Assembly: GCF_006345805.1 (NCBI RefSeq)
Contig: NC_043001.1
Location: 126,108,001 to 126,172,000, forward strand
Direction: 5' to 3'
DNA: 64,000 bases
Source: Octopus sinensis
Lineage: Eukaryota
Shown in pieces: positions 25,407 through 38,567 of this stretch; position 1 is the stretch's first letter, and each line of letters starts with the position of its first letter. The notes below the pieces were generated by a model that was not told the DNA's origin, made no database searches, and saw only the letters and a program-made list of their open reading frames with translations. The position numbers and the translations under genes are program-made.

Positions 25407-25777
25407 ATTATTCTTCTTGCCTGTTATTTTGTTTTATATTTTAAAACACCCTTAGAGGGAGTTTTTGTCAACTCATCGTTCGGATAATAGCAAATGATCG
25501 AAGATTTTATTATTCATTATATATGTGAGATTCAATGAGTTTTGTATTTGGTGTGTAGAATGTTCGGTTGAGGTTGTTTTCCCTCATCCATATTGTAAAC
25601 ATACCTGCATAGTACATACATACATACATACATACATACATACATACATACATACATACATACACACGTACATACATACATGCATGCATGCATACAAAAA
25701 TGTATACGTACATGCATACATATAAAAATGCATATATACATACAAACATACATATATACATACATACATACATACAT

Positions 25778-26228
25778 GGTGGCTGCTCCCTCGATATCGA
25801 GTATGGCCATTGCACGAAGCTTAATCAATGTTGTTATCGTGCAATGCTTGTGCAAGAAGATTTTTTTTCTTTAAATGAGGAAAGGCTGTGCACTGAGTCA
25901 ATCCCACTCACTAAACAACAGCAGCCATAATCCGAAAAGAAGAACAAGTCAACATCATCGGTAACCACTGAGCGATCGGGTATTCAGTCCGATTATTTCT
26001 ATGTCCCCGCGCATGATCCAGCCTTAAGACATTTATTGGATGGCCGTTGACTCTCAAGAGTTCCTCCGCCCTTTGACGGGTTTTGTTTTTCATCCCGCAG
26101 GGTGTCCAATAAACATCCTCCTCACCAAGCAAGCTTGGTGGGGTTGCCGGTTTAGTCGCCGACGACCCGCCCATGCAATAGGTTGTACTGGGTTACATGT
26201 TACCAGTAGCACTCGAAAGTGACCTGAC
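25778..26228 (-). mobile_element. Non-autonomous repeat resembling RTE-clade 5' UTR derivatives, flanked by (TACA)n
   Basis: GC-richer 450-bp unit (GGGCGGGTCGTCGGCGACTAAACCGGCAACCCC) between TACA arrays; class assigned only by resemblance. Confidence 0.45.
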
Positions 26229-26744
26229 ATATACATACATACATACACACACTCATACATACATACATACATACATACATACATACATACATACATAAGT
26301 ACTACGTACATACATACATACGTACGCACATATATACGTCGCCGGGTCCCATCCCCTAATCAAATCATTAAATTCTAGCTTCAGATGACTAACAAAATCT
26401 TCAAGTAGTCCCCCTCACATAACATGGCCAGAATAATGTTAACAAACCTTTAAGAGGTGGAGGTGGAGGAGGAGTAGGCAATTGAAGTATGTCTTTACTT
26501 AATGTTATATTGCTGTCATCTGTATGACATAACTTCACGTTTAGTTCTGTCATTAATTAGGACTCTACAGTGTCAGCTTAAGTGACATTCTTTTAAAGCG
26601 AAGAACAAGACTTAATAAGTGAATGAAGTTAAATAAACTTACTTTTCAATAAATAGAACGAGAAAACATTTTGAAAAAGGAATTTAAAAAAGTCACACGG
26701 TTTCTATATCATGATGTTGCTTCTGTTGTTCTATTTCTGCAGCC

Positions 26745-26968
26745 AGTAGTAAGGTTTCGGCCTGAAAAAGAAGTAATTTCTACTCTTCTCCTCTGGAAGC
26801 CATCTACTCGCAATACCAGAGGGCGCACACTCTCCTACCCTGATGTAATCTCCAGGGATACAGGCATCCAGCAACAGGACCTCCGTAATGCCATGATGGA
26901 CCGTGAAGTCTGGCGTAGCATGGTAAATTCCATTGTCTCGACCACGGTCGAACAATGATGATGATGAT
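26745..26968 (+). mobile_element. RTE-clade LINE 3' end
   Basis: LLWKPSTRNTRGRTLSYPDVISRDTG...NAMMDREVWRSMV then stop and a (TGA)n tail. Confidence 0.8.
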
Positions 26969-27366
26969 CGGCCCGGGAGTTCACAAGTTTTTTTTTGGTG
27001 GTGGTGACGGAAGACGAATCTGAGGTGGATATACATGTGAAGGGCTTCAGTTATGGATCGACTAGCAGAAGATAGTCCTATGGTTAAAACATACAGGAGT
27101 GTTGCGCTAGTGCCGTCTTAAGACACGACACGCTGGCCAGTGTGGCCCGGGGGCCTCACAGGGCCTTTGAGGCCCAATTCTGATCTGTGTCTTGGTGTCA
27201 GCCTTGACAGCATTGATTTTCCCGAGGAACTATAATTCTGTTGAGACGGCCCTAGAGTGGTCCCTACAGATGCGTCACACAGGCCTCTACACTGATTCGC
27301 GGTGGTTGCACTAGTGATGGGTCCCAGTTATGGTCAAATAGAAGATAGTCATGTGGTTAAGGTATA

Positions 27367-28364
27367 CGAGGTGGTATCAAAAAGTTCCCGCATTAGTTCT
27401 GTAGCCTGCCAACAGATGGCAGCACATGGTTGCTTGCGCGTCGAAAGCTAGCAGTGACCTTCATGAGCCAGTGTGCCGAGTGACTTCGCTGTGCTTACTT
27501 GGCAAGTTGTGAAATTTGTGTTTTTGTGATCACATATATTCTGTAGTCTGCGATTTTGTCTTGGATATGAACAAAGAGTCAACGTGAAATTTTGCATTAA
27601 ACTAGGGAAGTCTGCTACGGAGACATTTAGCATGCCTCGGAAAGCTTGCAGCAACAGCGAGGCAATGGGTCGTACGGAATGTTTCGAGTGGCACGGGCAC
27701 TTCAAAAGTGGAAGAACGTCTCTGGAAGACGATGAGCGATCTGGAAGACCTGGTACGAGGGTCACCGCGACGCTCAAGGCAGGTCTTCCAGGGACGTTCT
27801 TCCGGTTTTGAAGTGCCCGTGCCACTCGAAACATTGCTTCGTCGCCGTAAGCTTGCCGATTTATGCTCAATGTCTCTATAGTAGACTTCCCAAGTTTAAT
27901 GCAAAATTTCACGTTGGCTCTTTGTTCATTTGTGATTCGAGAATTTGCCCCCACCCCCAGGGCCAGACCGTCAATCGAGAGTTCTACGGCAACATTTCGA
28001 AGCGACTGAGGGAGGACTTTTGTCGAAAGCGACTGGATCTGTGGAGCGCGAAGAATTGAAATTTTTCACGACGACAATGCACCCTGTCACCGAGCTCTCC
28101 TAATTCGTGAGTTTCTCACCAAAAGCAAAATGCAGCCCAAAGGCTGCTGTCTTAATACCGTTGTCAAGATCTAGAGCGAATCGGAGGTCTTCAACTCGCT
28201 CACGGAAAACGACTTCCAGGGCCGATTCTAAAAGTGGCAGGAATGCTGGGACCGGATTATTGCTGCACAAGGCGACTATTTCGAAGGAGATGACGTTAAA
28301 CTTAGGTAAATAAGTTACTTTTTATTAAACATAGCTGGGTCGGGAACCTTTATTTACCACCTCA
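27367..28364 (+). mobile_element. Mariner deletion derivative with an internal inverted transposase fragment
   Basis: TA flanks; imperfect TIRs CGAGGTGGTA...GTTCCC; EQRVNVKFCIKLGKSATET, ERSGRP, GQTVNREFY, HDDNAPCH. Confidence 0.85.
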
Positions 28365-30138
28365 TACAGGACTGTTGGCCCAGTGCTGTCTTAAGACATA
28401 ACATGTTGGCCAGTGTGGCCTGGGGGTCTCATGCGGTGCATGAGGCCCAATTCCGAGTTGTGTATGCTGCGGCTTGCTGTTAGTAAATATTACTATAAGG
28501 TCAACACTACATTGATTTGCCCGGGAGACTATAATTCTATCGAGACAGTTCTGGGCTGGTTTCTGCTTTCTGCACGTATGTCACACAGGTCTATCAGTGT
28601 GTGGATATGTCCTAGTGTCCTGTGAACCAGTTTTCCTGCCAAAGGGTTAAATAAGCGTTGTGCCTCAAGGGTAAACTCTGAAGGGCAGGACACTGGCAGA
28701 GTATAGTGTAAACAAACCGGTAAAAGTCAAACAGCAAACCACTGGTCCGAGATCTCCGACACACCTGTTAAACAGAGAGGGAGGGAGATACAGACAGAGA
28801 CACAGACAGTCAGGCAGAGAGGTGGAGAGAGAGAAAGTATGGAGAGAAGAGGAGAGAAAGGGAGAGAGAGGGAGAGAGAGAGAAAGGAGAGAGCGCGACT
28901 TCTTTATACAGAGCATAATTCTTTGCTTTTGTTTAATCTCAGATCAGTATTGAAATCGTGCAAGCTCAGATCAAAGGCATTCCGGCCGCTATTTTCCCGT
29001 ATTACCTTTCCCAAAAATTGTGTATCTAGGACTTCATTAAATAACATGAAGTCGGGACATTTCTGAGGTTGAGAAAACCTATGACTAAAGACGTTCCACC
29101 AGTGACCATCTCAATATTTTCCTTCAGTCATTGAGCATTATTTATGATATTACCTATTTTTCCTTCCTCTCTTCCCTTTTTTGAGATGGTAGAGTGTAAT
29201 TTGAGGGAGATTTTGCTGCTATTTCTAGCAGGCGTAGCATTTGCATAGAAACCTCATTAGAATGCATGGTGTATAGATTGTTGTTTGATGTGCATATGAA
29301 AAGACATCAGCGGGAGATTCCATTAAAATAGATCGTTGTCAGTTATGTCCATTTAGATAGATAGGTCTCCGTTTTGTTGGAGATGGTAAGCGCGAAGACA
29401 CCACCGGAAGAGTCTATTTTGGTAGAAAGGTGTCTGTTATGCTAAGGTCAGTGGATATGAAAAGAGTCAGTGGAAGATTCCATTTAGATAGTCAGCTATC
29501 AATTATGATGAGGGCAGCAAGCTGATAGAATCAGTAGCACGCCGGACAAAATGCTTTGTACCATTTCTTCCGATTCTTCATTTTCTGAGCTCAAATTCGG
29601 CTGTGGTAGACTTTGCCTTTCATTCAGTCGATGAAATAAAGTACCATTCCAGTACCGGAATCGATTACTCCACTTCCTTCAAAATTGCTGGCCTTGTGCC
29701 AACATTAGAAAGAAATATGTTGTGATCGGTGGATGTGAAAATCGTCACTGGAAGATTCCATTTAGAGAGATAGGTGTCTGTTATGTTGTAGACGGTGGCT
29801 GCGAAAGAATGCTACTGACAGATTCCATACAGATAGCTACATGTCTGTTATCTGGTGAGTAGTGTGCGTGAAAGAAGCATTAATAAATGTCGGTTGCTTT
29901 TGAAGGTTATCGACAAAATGTGAAGATGTTGGAGTTTAGTGGCTGTTAATGAACTTGAGTGAAGTAGAGTTGAATGATTGACTTGTTAATGATGAACCAC
30001 TTCACAAGAAATTAAAATCTATCTACCAAATATAAATAAACAAACAAATGGATTTGTTTTAAAGGGAACATCAATCGAAATTGATATGATTGGTAAAAAG
30101 AGGAGGGGAACTAGTTTTGTTCGTTAATTAGGATAGAA

Positions 30139-30780
30139 CAGTAGTTTCCAACCTTTTCTATGTCCTGCACTCCGAGGAAATGTTTGGCTAATTTTCGCAT
30201 CGACCTCCTTCTCTCACTGTAAATGTAATATTACATCTAAAGACGAAAAAAGTCAATTTTCTAATAACTAATTTTGTTTTAATTGGATCACATACAGTAG
30301 TATTGTGAGTTTACAAACTGAACTAAAATTATAAGCGTTTCACTCAGTGCATAATAACGCAAATATAGATTGTGGAACAATTAAAAAAAAAAAATGTAAA
30401 CTTTAAATTAAACACAATTGTAAACATAAAATTCAGTGACTTCTCTGTTTCTGCTTCTCATTCTGTGACCTGTAGGGTTGTTTGTGAATGTAGGCAATTC
30501 TTAGATTTTGTCTTGACTGACAAATAAGAACTGAATCTACAATTATACAAACATGCCACTGCAAATGGAATCAGAGCTGAATTCTTGCTCATAATCTTTT
30601 AAAATTGGATGCTAGAATTGCAGGTGATGGTATAGTAACGCGCCAACTTCAGCATTCAATCTTCAGAAGAGGAGAGGTTGGTAAAAACGCCAAACTTTCT
30701 ATCTTCAATTCGATTTTTAGGCTTATTCTTTCCTATAGTCATGACTGTTGGGTCATGATCGAAAGAGTTCAAACACAAAT
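30139..30780 (-). mobile_element. hAT (Charlie/Buster-like) deletion derivative
   Basis: CAGTAGTTTCCAACCTTTT-like terminus; minus strand ALIPFAVACLYNCRFSSYLSVKTKSKNCL resembles the hAT C-terminal dimerisation motif. Confidence 0.55.
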
Positions 30781-30859
30781 ATAAATAACTGAAATGGATT
30801 AACATTATTCGACAGAGTGTGTTGTTCGGAAATCATGGAGACTCACCAAGTCGGGACGT

Positions 30860-31060
30860 TACTTCTTCACATCAAGAGGTCACAGCTCCAGTACTTCAGA
30901 CATGTGGTTAAAATGCAAGACAAATTCTTCAAACTGAGCCAACCGGTAGGAGACCGCGGGGTAGACAGTGAGTGAGATGGTTGAATAATATCCATAGTCT
31001 CGGTCGGTGACGCTTGGGAATCCAGCGGGAACATGCAATGACGGTTATTTCTCATACACT
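30860..31060 (+). mobile_element. Degraded RTE-type LINE 3' fragment
   Basis: IKRSQLQYFRHVVKMQ resembles the RTE C-terminal LRWFGHVxRM motif. Confidence 0.5.
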
Positions 31061-32994
31061 CTCTATAGAGGAGGTGCCTGAGACTCTATTTCCACAGTCC
31101 TCTAAGGAATAGTGGGCACCTAAAATGGATCGATTGAATCTTTTATGTAGACTAATAAGTCGGTTGGTGTTTTTAATAGAATAAAGTCTCCAAGAGTTGG
31201 TCAATAGTTGTATTGTAAAAAACGACTTTGATAAAATACGTGATTTCTCTCTTTGTTATAGCCCATAAAACACTATCTTGTGTCCCCAAGAGATGTAGGC
31301 TCTCTTGGTTGGTAATCCCTAGTATAGAGATACGATAGAGATGCGATGGATTATGAAGGGCGGGTGCTCAAGAGTTCTCTCCGCTTCACAGAGAAGTGGA
31401 GGGAACACGGGATTATGTCTGCAGCAATAACAGTGTTTAGCTCCTGGTAAGCCTTGATTGAGCAGAGCTCTGATCAAAGGTATTTCTGGCCTGACTATCC
31501 TGATTCTTTTTTTTGTGTGTGTGTGGCTGCTTTAGGGCTACATTCTTTAGTGGCTGCTATCCTTTTTGACAGTTGTGGTGTATGATTTGAACAATAGTGG
31601 GAACTACTTCTAGGTGAACGAGCGACAACTTAGAAGAACACACAGTAGCTCAGAATGTTTGGGTTTCATTGTGTAGGCTGTGTGGAGGTGCTTTGTTCTT
31701 TTTTAGCTCCAAATCGGCTCTGATTGAGATCTACGATCATAGAAATTCCGGCTATGACCATCCCTGCTTTTATCGTGTACAGTGTATATAAGTGCTGTTT
31801 GTTATGTTTATGTGTAGGATGTTGCGTGTAGATGTGAAGTGATAAGGCGTGATGTGATGTGATGTGTTATGAGCAGATGTGATGAGGTGTATATAGATGT
31901 GTGTTATGCAAGTGTGATGTGTTTTGTTATGTGTCAATGCAGTGTTTTGATGCGTTGGGTTATATTACCTGTTGGTGTGGCGTGTTAGGTGTAGTGCGTT
32001 AAGTATGCAAGATGTGGTGTGTTGTGTGTAGATGGCGTGTGATGTGTTGTGAGTGAAGGTAATGTCGTGCATTGTGAGAAGATGTAGCATGTTGGCTAGT
32101 CGTTAAAACGGTGGACAGAACAGCTCGCATTACTTGTTCCGATTCTCTGGGCCCTGAGTTCAAATCCCTCCGATGTCAACTTTGCCTTTCATCCTTCCGG
32201 GATTGATTAGAAAGCACAAATGTAGGGCTCTGGACTAGCAGAAGTGTTAGAAGGACGAACAAGATGACTAGCTGTGTTTGTTTTGGCTCTTTGCGTTCTG
32301 AAAGCAACCTCTGCACCAACACTGGTTTGCAAGTTTCATCGGTCCAGGTTTACAGCCTTTCTCTTAAAAAAAAACAAACAAACATCGGTGCACTGAAGAG
32401 GCAAGACTTGTAGGCTTGGGGAACCGCCAGTTTTCCTTAAAAAGTCTTGCCCTAACTTGGTGCATACATGGACAAATGAACAGTCAACCTTGGTCGATCA
32501 CGGCCCATGCTTTTATCTTGTGCATTTGTGGTTGAATGTAATGTTGATTGTATTTGATGTTCTGTTACTTGAAAGTAAATACCATTTGTTGATGTTATAA
32601 AGGTATACTTCAGTATGACAGTCAAGCGGATGTCGAGCAGAACGGGTAGGTATGTACTAAGTCCTGTTTCACCCGCATATGGATATTGAAATCTTTCGAA
32701 GACAAATGGTCGAATAGAACGACACCCGTCCTACCTGTGTGGATTGACTGATCTAACCCATTTTACAATATCTCTGACCAACACAAATAATAGAAGTCAA
32801 TAAACCTCCTCATAAACAAATAACAAGTAACGTTACTATATAACCTCCACCTAAAAACTTAAACCCATAAACCGTATAATTCCATAACCTCCTAATTTCA
32901 ATAACACTGTAGCCAAAATCATCGATCCTGAAATAGGATGTGACAACCAGTTCTAATGATGATTGGCAATGTTAAAGGCCTTCGGGTGGTTGCT

Positions 32995-33450
32995 CTAGCT
33001 CCTTGCATTTCTGCTGTAGTTGTCGAAGGCAGAGACCCATGCTAATTGGTGAGAGTTTTGACATTATATGACACTGTGTCATGGGATATATCCTTTCAGC
33101 GATTTACTGCAGTCTTTTCAGAACCATGCCAATGAAGACCTTCCAAACAATGTTCAGCGAAGAGATTCTTCTGTAGTCGTTATAACCGCTTCTCACCCCT
33201 TTGCTGACAATGTTGCTGTGACTCATGCCTTGGAGCATTTCTCCTTCATTCCAGCGCCGGTACAATTGCTCGTGCAAATAATTCAATAAAACGCTTTTTG
33301 TGCTCCTGAGTGTCTCTGGTGTCTCTCGTTACTTTGCCAGTAGTGGTCTGGCTTTACTCAGCACTTCGGCAGTCAGTAATGTATCCAGTTTCTCCATGAC
33401 AGGTAGACATTCCATGGCGTCTAACCACAATTCTACCAATACATTTATTA
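32995..33450 (-). mobile_element. RTE/BovB-like LINE RT fragment
   Basis: KGVRSGYNDYRRISSLNIVWKVFIGMVLKRLQ resembles RT domain NYRGISLLxxxGKV. Confidence 0.7.
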
Positions 33451-33889
33451 CTTACTGATCTACGAATTAGTGGAAAATAAGTATGGATATTTTCAGTTTA
33501 AACTAACCCTAACCGTAACCGTAGCCCTAAACCCTCCCTGACCTTAACCACCAAAAATGGTTTCAACTGGTTGCTATTGGAACATTTACAAAGAACATCA
33601 TTTGCTGGATGGGAATTGGAGAATGGATAAACATGATTGGTGAAAATGACCAAAAATTCCAATCTTGAGGGGTTCATAATGGAGTGCCTTTCAAATATGT
33701 AATAATTTTCTTTTTATTTGTTTAGTATCAGATAAAGTTGTATAAAAAAATATTTTTGGTAATAAATTTCGGAACTAATGAGTTAATTTCTCCCAGTAAT
33801 GGCTGTGAATTTTTCGTAATTGGCACGTAAAACTACATTTGTGTAGAATTTTTTTGTAAATTTGGTGATGGTAGTTCAAACCGAAAAGA

Positions 33890-34116
33890 TCAACAATTTT
33901 CTTTCTCACATTCATTCTTTCTTCCCTTCCGATTCATTCTTTACTTCTCATGCTTTCATTTTTATATTTCTACTTTTCTTCCTTCTTTCCTTCAATTCTT
34001 TATACAAATCTTTCCTTCATTTCCTTTTTTGTTAATTGTTTTTCTTTTCTTTCTTCCTATTTTTGTTTTCTTCATTCATTCGTGAATTGATTTATTCATT
34101 CATCTGTCTTTCCTTT

Positions 34117-34170
<54 letters not shown>

Positions 34171-34440
34171 TTTCCTTCTTCCTTTTTTTCTTTCTTTCTT
34201 TCTTCCTTTCTTTCTTTCACTCTTTTGTTCTTCCTTCCTTTCTTTCTTTCATTCATTCATTCATTCATTCATTCGTTCGTTCATTCATCCTTCCTTTTAT
34301 TCATTCACTCATCATTCCTTCCTTTCTTTTATTCATTAACTCATCATTCCTTCCTTTCTTTCTTCATGTTCTTTTCCTGTCCTCCTTCCTTCCTTCCTTC
34401 CTTTCCTTTTCTTTCTTTCACACTCTTCTTTCTCCCTCCC
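33890..34440. repeat. Polypyrimidine (CTTT)/(CATT)/(CCTT) tract
   Basis: Read directly from the sequence. Confidence 0.9.
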
Positions 34441-34784
34441 CCTCTGTATCCCAATATCTCCAGCCGCAATTCTATGAAAATATTCCTTCCATACACTACA
34501 GAAAAATGTTAAAATAAATAAATAAAATAGACAACAACAACAACAAAAATAATGTCCGTAAATTTGACGGTCAGAGCTACTGACTGGTTGACCAACAAAC
34601 ACCTAGCACAAGCCATATTATTGAACTGGGTCAGAATGAGATCACAGGTTATTAGGTGATGACCACTTGATGCCCACCAAGTCGCCAATCGTTTTTTTTT
34701 TCTTCCTTGTTTGAACTTGATTCTTTAACAAGCTCATTAAAACATTACATCCACTCTCGTCGCTGGTTTGGTCCACTTTGGTAA

Positions 34785-35606
34785 TCAACACACACACACA
34801 CACACATCACACACATCACACACACAACACAGACACACACGCACACACACATACACACACACACACACACACCACACCACACACACACCACACCACACAC
34901 CACACCACACACACAACACAGACACACACGCACACACACATACACATGATCACACAACACACAAACGCACGCACACATACATACACGCATACGCACACAC
35001 ACATACACATGATCACACAACACACAAACGCACGCACACATACATACACGCATACGCACACACACACACATACACGCACAAAGTGATAGATACAAAGACA
35101 CGCACAAACGCAAACTCACATACATACATACATGCATGCATGCATACATACATACATACACACATACATGCATACATACATACATGCATACATACATACA
35201 TACATACATACATACTTACATACATACATACATACATTCATACATGCATACATGCATACATACATACATACATACATACATACATACATACATACATGCA
35301 TACAAACATACATGCATACATACATACATACACACATACATGCATACATACATACATACATACATACATGCATACAAACATACATGCATACATACATACA
35401 TACACACATACATGCATACATACATACATACATACATACATACATACATACAAACATACATGCATACATACATACATACACACATACATGCATACATACA
35501 TACATACATACACACACATACATACATATATGCATGCATGCATACATACATACATACATACAAACATACATGCATACATACATACATACACACATACATG
35601 CATACA

Positions 35607-35639
<33 letters not shown>

Positions 35640-35866
35640 GCATGCATGCATACATACATGCATACATACATACATACATACATACATACATACATACATG
35701 CATGCATGCATACATACATACATACATACATACATGCATACATACATACATACATACATACATACATACATGCATACAAACATACATACATACATATATG
35801 CATGCATGCATACATACATGCATACATACATACATACATACATACATACATACATGCATACAAACA

Positions 35867-35899
<33 letters not shown>

Positions 35900-36950
35900 G
35901 CATGCATGCATACATGCATACATACATACATACATACATGCATGCATACATACATACATGCATACATACATGCATACATACATACATGCATACATACATA
36001 CATGCATACATACATACATACATAAATATATACATACATACATACATACATACATGCATGCATACATACATACATGCATGCATACATACATACATGCATA
36101 CATACATGCATACATACATACATGCATACATACATACATACATAAATATATACATACATACATACATACATACATACATGCATACATACATACATGCATG
36201 CATACATACATACATGCATACATACATGCATACATACATACATGCATACATACATACATACATAAATATATACATACATACATACATACATACATGCATG
36301 CATACATACATACATGCATACATACATACATACATACATACATAAATACATACATACATACATGCATACATACATACATGCATACATACATACATACATA
36401 CATACATACAAGCATACATACATACATACGTACATACATACATAAATACATATATACATACATGCATACATACATACGTACATACATGCATGCATACATA
36501 CATACGCACACACACGTGCATGCATGAAGGCATGCACTTCCATACACACACAGACAAGCACGTCCACCGACACCACATACATATTATAATATGGTGTCTA
36601 AGCACGCATAAGAACTTAAACGCACACACATAGACACACACACACACACATACACACACGTGCGTACACACCCACATATAGATACACATACACACACGCG
36701 TGCATACACACATATAGACACACATGCACATACACGTACACACAGACACACATACGCACATACACACACGCAAAAGCACATACACGCATACACACACATG
36801 GACAAACGCACACACGCGTACACACAAACACGCACGCACTCACAAACACACATACGCACATGTAGACGCACATATACACTCACGTACATGCACCCATAGA
36901 CACACGTACACACACGTACTCATACATAGACACACACACACACACATACA
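34785..36950. repeat. About 2.2-kb (CA)n/(TACA)n/(TGCA) compound satellite
   Basis: Read directly; 120-bp higher-order period at about 35950-36360. Confidence 0.95.
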
Positions 36951-37199
36951 TCCTTTCAATTTCAGACTTAGAAATCTGTTTTTAGTCACTGTCGCGATTG
37001 GATTTTTATTTAGCAGCATATTTTTACAAGAAGAAAAGAATGAAAAAAATATTAAAATTATTAAAGATCAGATTGTCGTGAAACCTCGCCTCTTCCACTC
37101 AGAACTACATCTCCAAGGAAACAAGAAAAAAAAAAGGGCGGATAATTAAGCAGCAGAAGATGGCGGCGGTCGTGGTGGGGAGTAACTTGTGGTGTGTGA

Positions 37200-37490
37200 A
37201 GGCGCGTGGCTTAGTGGTTAAGGCATTCGACTGACGATTGTAAGGTCGTGAGTTCGATTCACTTTATTTCACGTTGCTCCAGTCCACTCAGCTGGCAAAA
37301 ATGAGTTGTACCTGTATTTCAAAGGACCAGCTTTGTCACACTCAGTGTGTCACGCTGAATCTCTCTGAGAACTACGTTAAGAGTACATGTGTCTGTGGAT
37401 TGCTCAGTCATTTGCACGTTAATTTCACGAGCAAGCTGTTCTGTTGATCGTATCAGCTGGGACTCTCATCGTCGTAACCGACGGAGTGCT
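37200..37490 (+). mobile_element. tRNA-derived SINE (third family; fragment also at about 60170-60290)
   Basis: GGCGCGTGGCTTAGTGGTTAAGG...GAGTTCGATTC head; body shared with 60170-60290. Confidence 0.7.
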
Positions 37491-38450
37491 CCTAATAACT
37501 TGTGGTACACCACAAACCAAACGGCATGTTCAGGTAGGGCCTCGCGGGACATGATTGCAAAGGTGTGTCGCAGAGAATGGCCATCCACACTCGCTGCAAC
37601 ATCCATCCCACATTGTGAGGCTAATTTCTCAGACGAGCCGCAATTATCCCCATTTTACAGAGGAAATTAGCAGAAATTAGCGGGGTCCGAGAACACCTGA
37701 TATCTCGACGGCAACCGGCTCAAACTGATAGCGGTCGGTTAGGCTCCTGTATATGCTTATCTTTCTCTCTCTTGCATTACGGACGGCCATTCCCGGGTTT
37801 GCAGCCGATGCGGCTAGGCTGGGGCCTGAGTACGTTTCGCAGCACGTCGCGTCCCAGCTTAGCGATCTGTCTCCTTTGTATGGGAAGAGGGGTTTTAAGT
37901 TAAGGGGTTTTAAGTTAAGGCGTTCACCATCCCCACTCTCAAGACATTCTGGCTCCTGTTGTGATGAGAAGCCTTCCGCAGTCGAGGCTCCCTTCCAATT
38001 AAGTCATTCAGGGCGGCGTTTCGGGAGAACCGGCTTGCACAATGGTTGCAGGATAATGGCTGCAGGCCGAAATCATCGACTACAACGGCTTTTGTGCGGC
38101 TCACACACGCGGAGACCGAAGATCTAGGCCACTCCGTTACGTGTGCACTCACCATCAAGGAGGGCACCGGTTGATGTGGAGGGTACTGAATTGCCCAACG
38201 CGCCGTTCTTTGGCTGCGAAGCGAAACGGAGGCGGGCGAGGCAATGCTTGTCTAAGGATGTTTCAATCCGTTAGAAAGTAGATTTGCATTTGAAATCGTC
38301 TCAGTTACGTTGGACATCTGCATTCCCGAGGAGATAAATAAAGCAAATCGTCAATATACAAACATGTATTCACACACAAGTAGACTCTGATACTCATATT
38401 GACACAGACGCATATGTGTGTATGTGTGTATAAGTGTGCGCATGTGTCTG

Positions 38451-38567
<117 letters not shown>

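Noticed and set aside
34768-36839. ORFs of 440-533 aa (HTYI/MYVC repeats)
   Set aside because: Translations of (TACA)n/(CA)n, open in several frames on both strands; not coding evidence. The same applies to the IYLS, YI, LS, poly-Pro/His/Thr/Val and poly-Asp/Met ORFs elsewhere.
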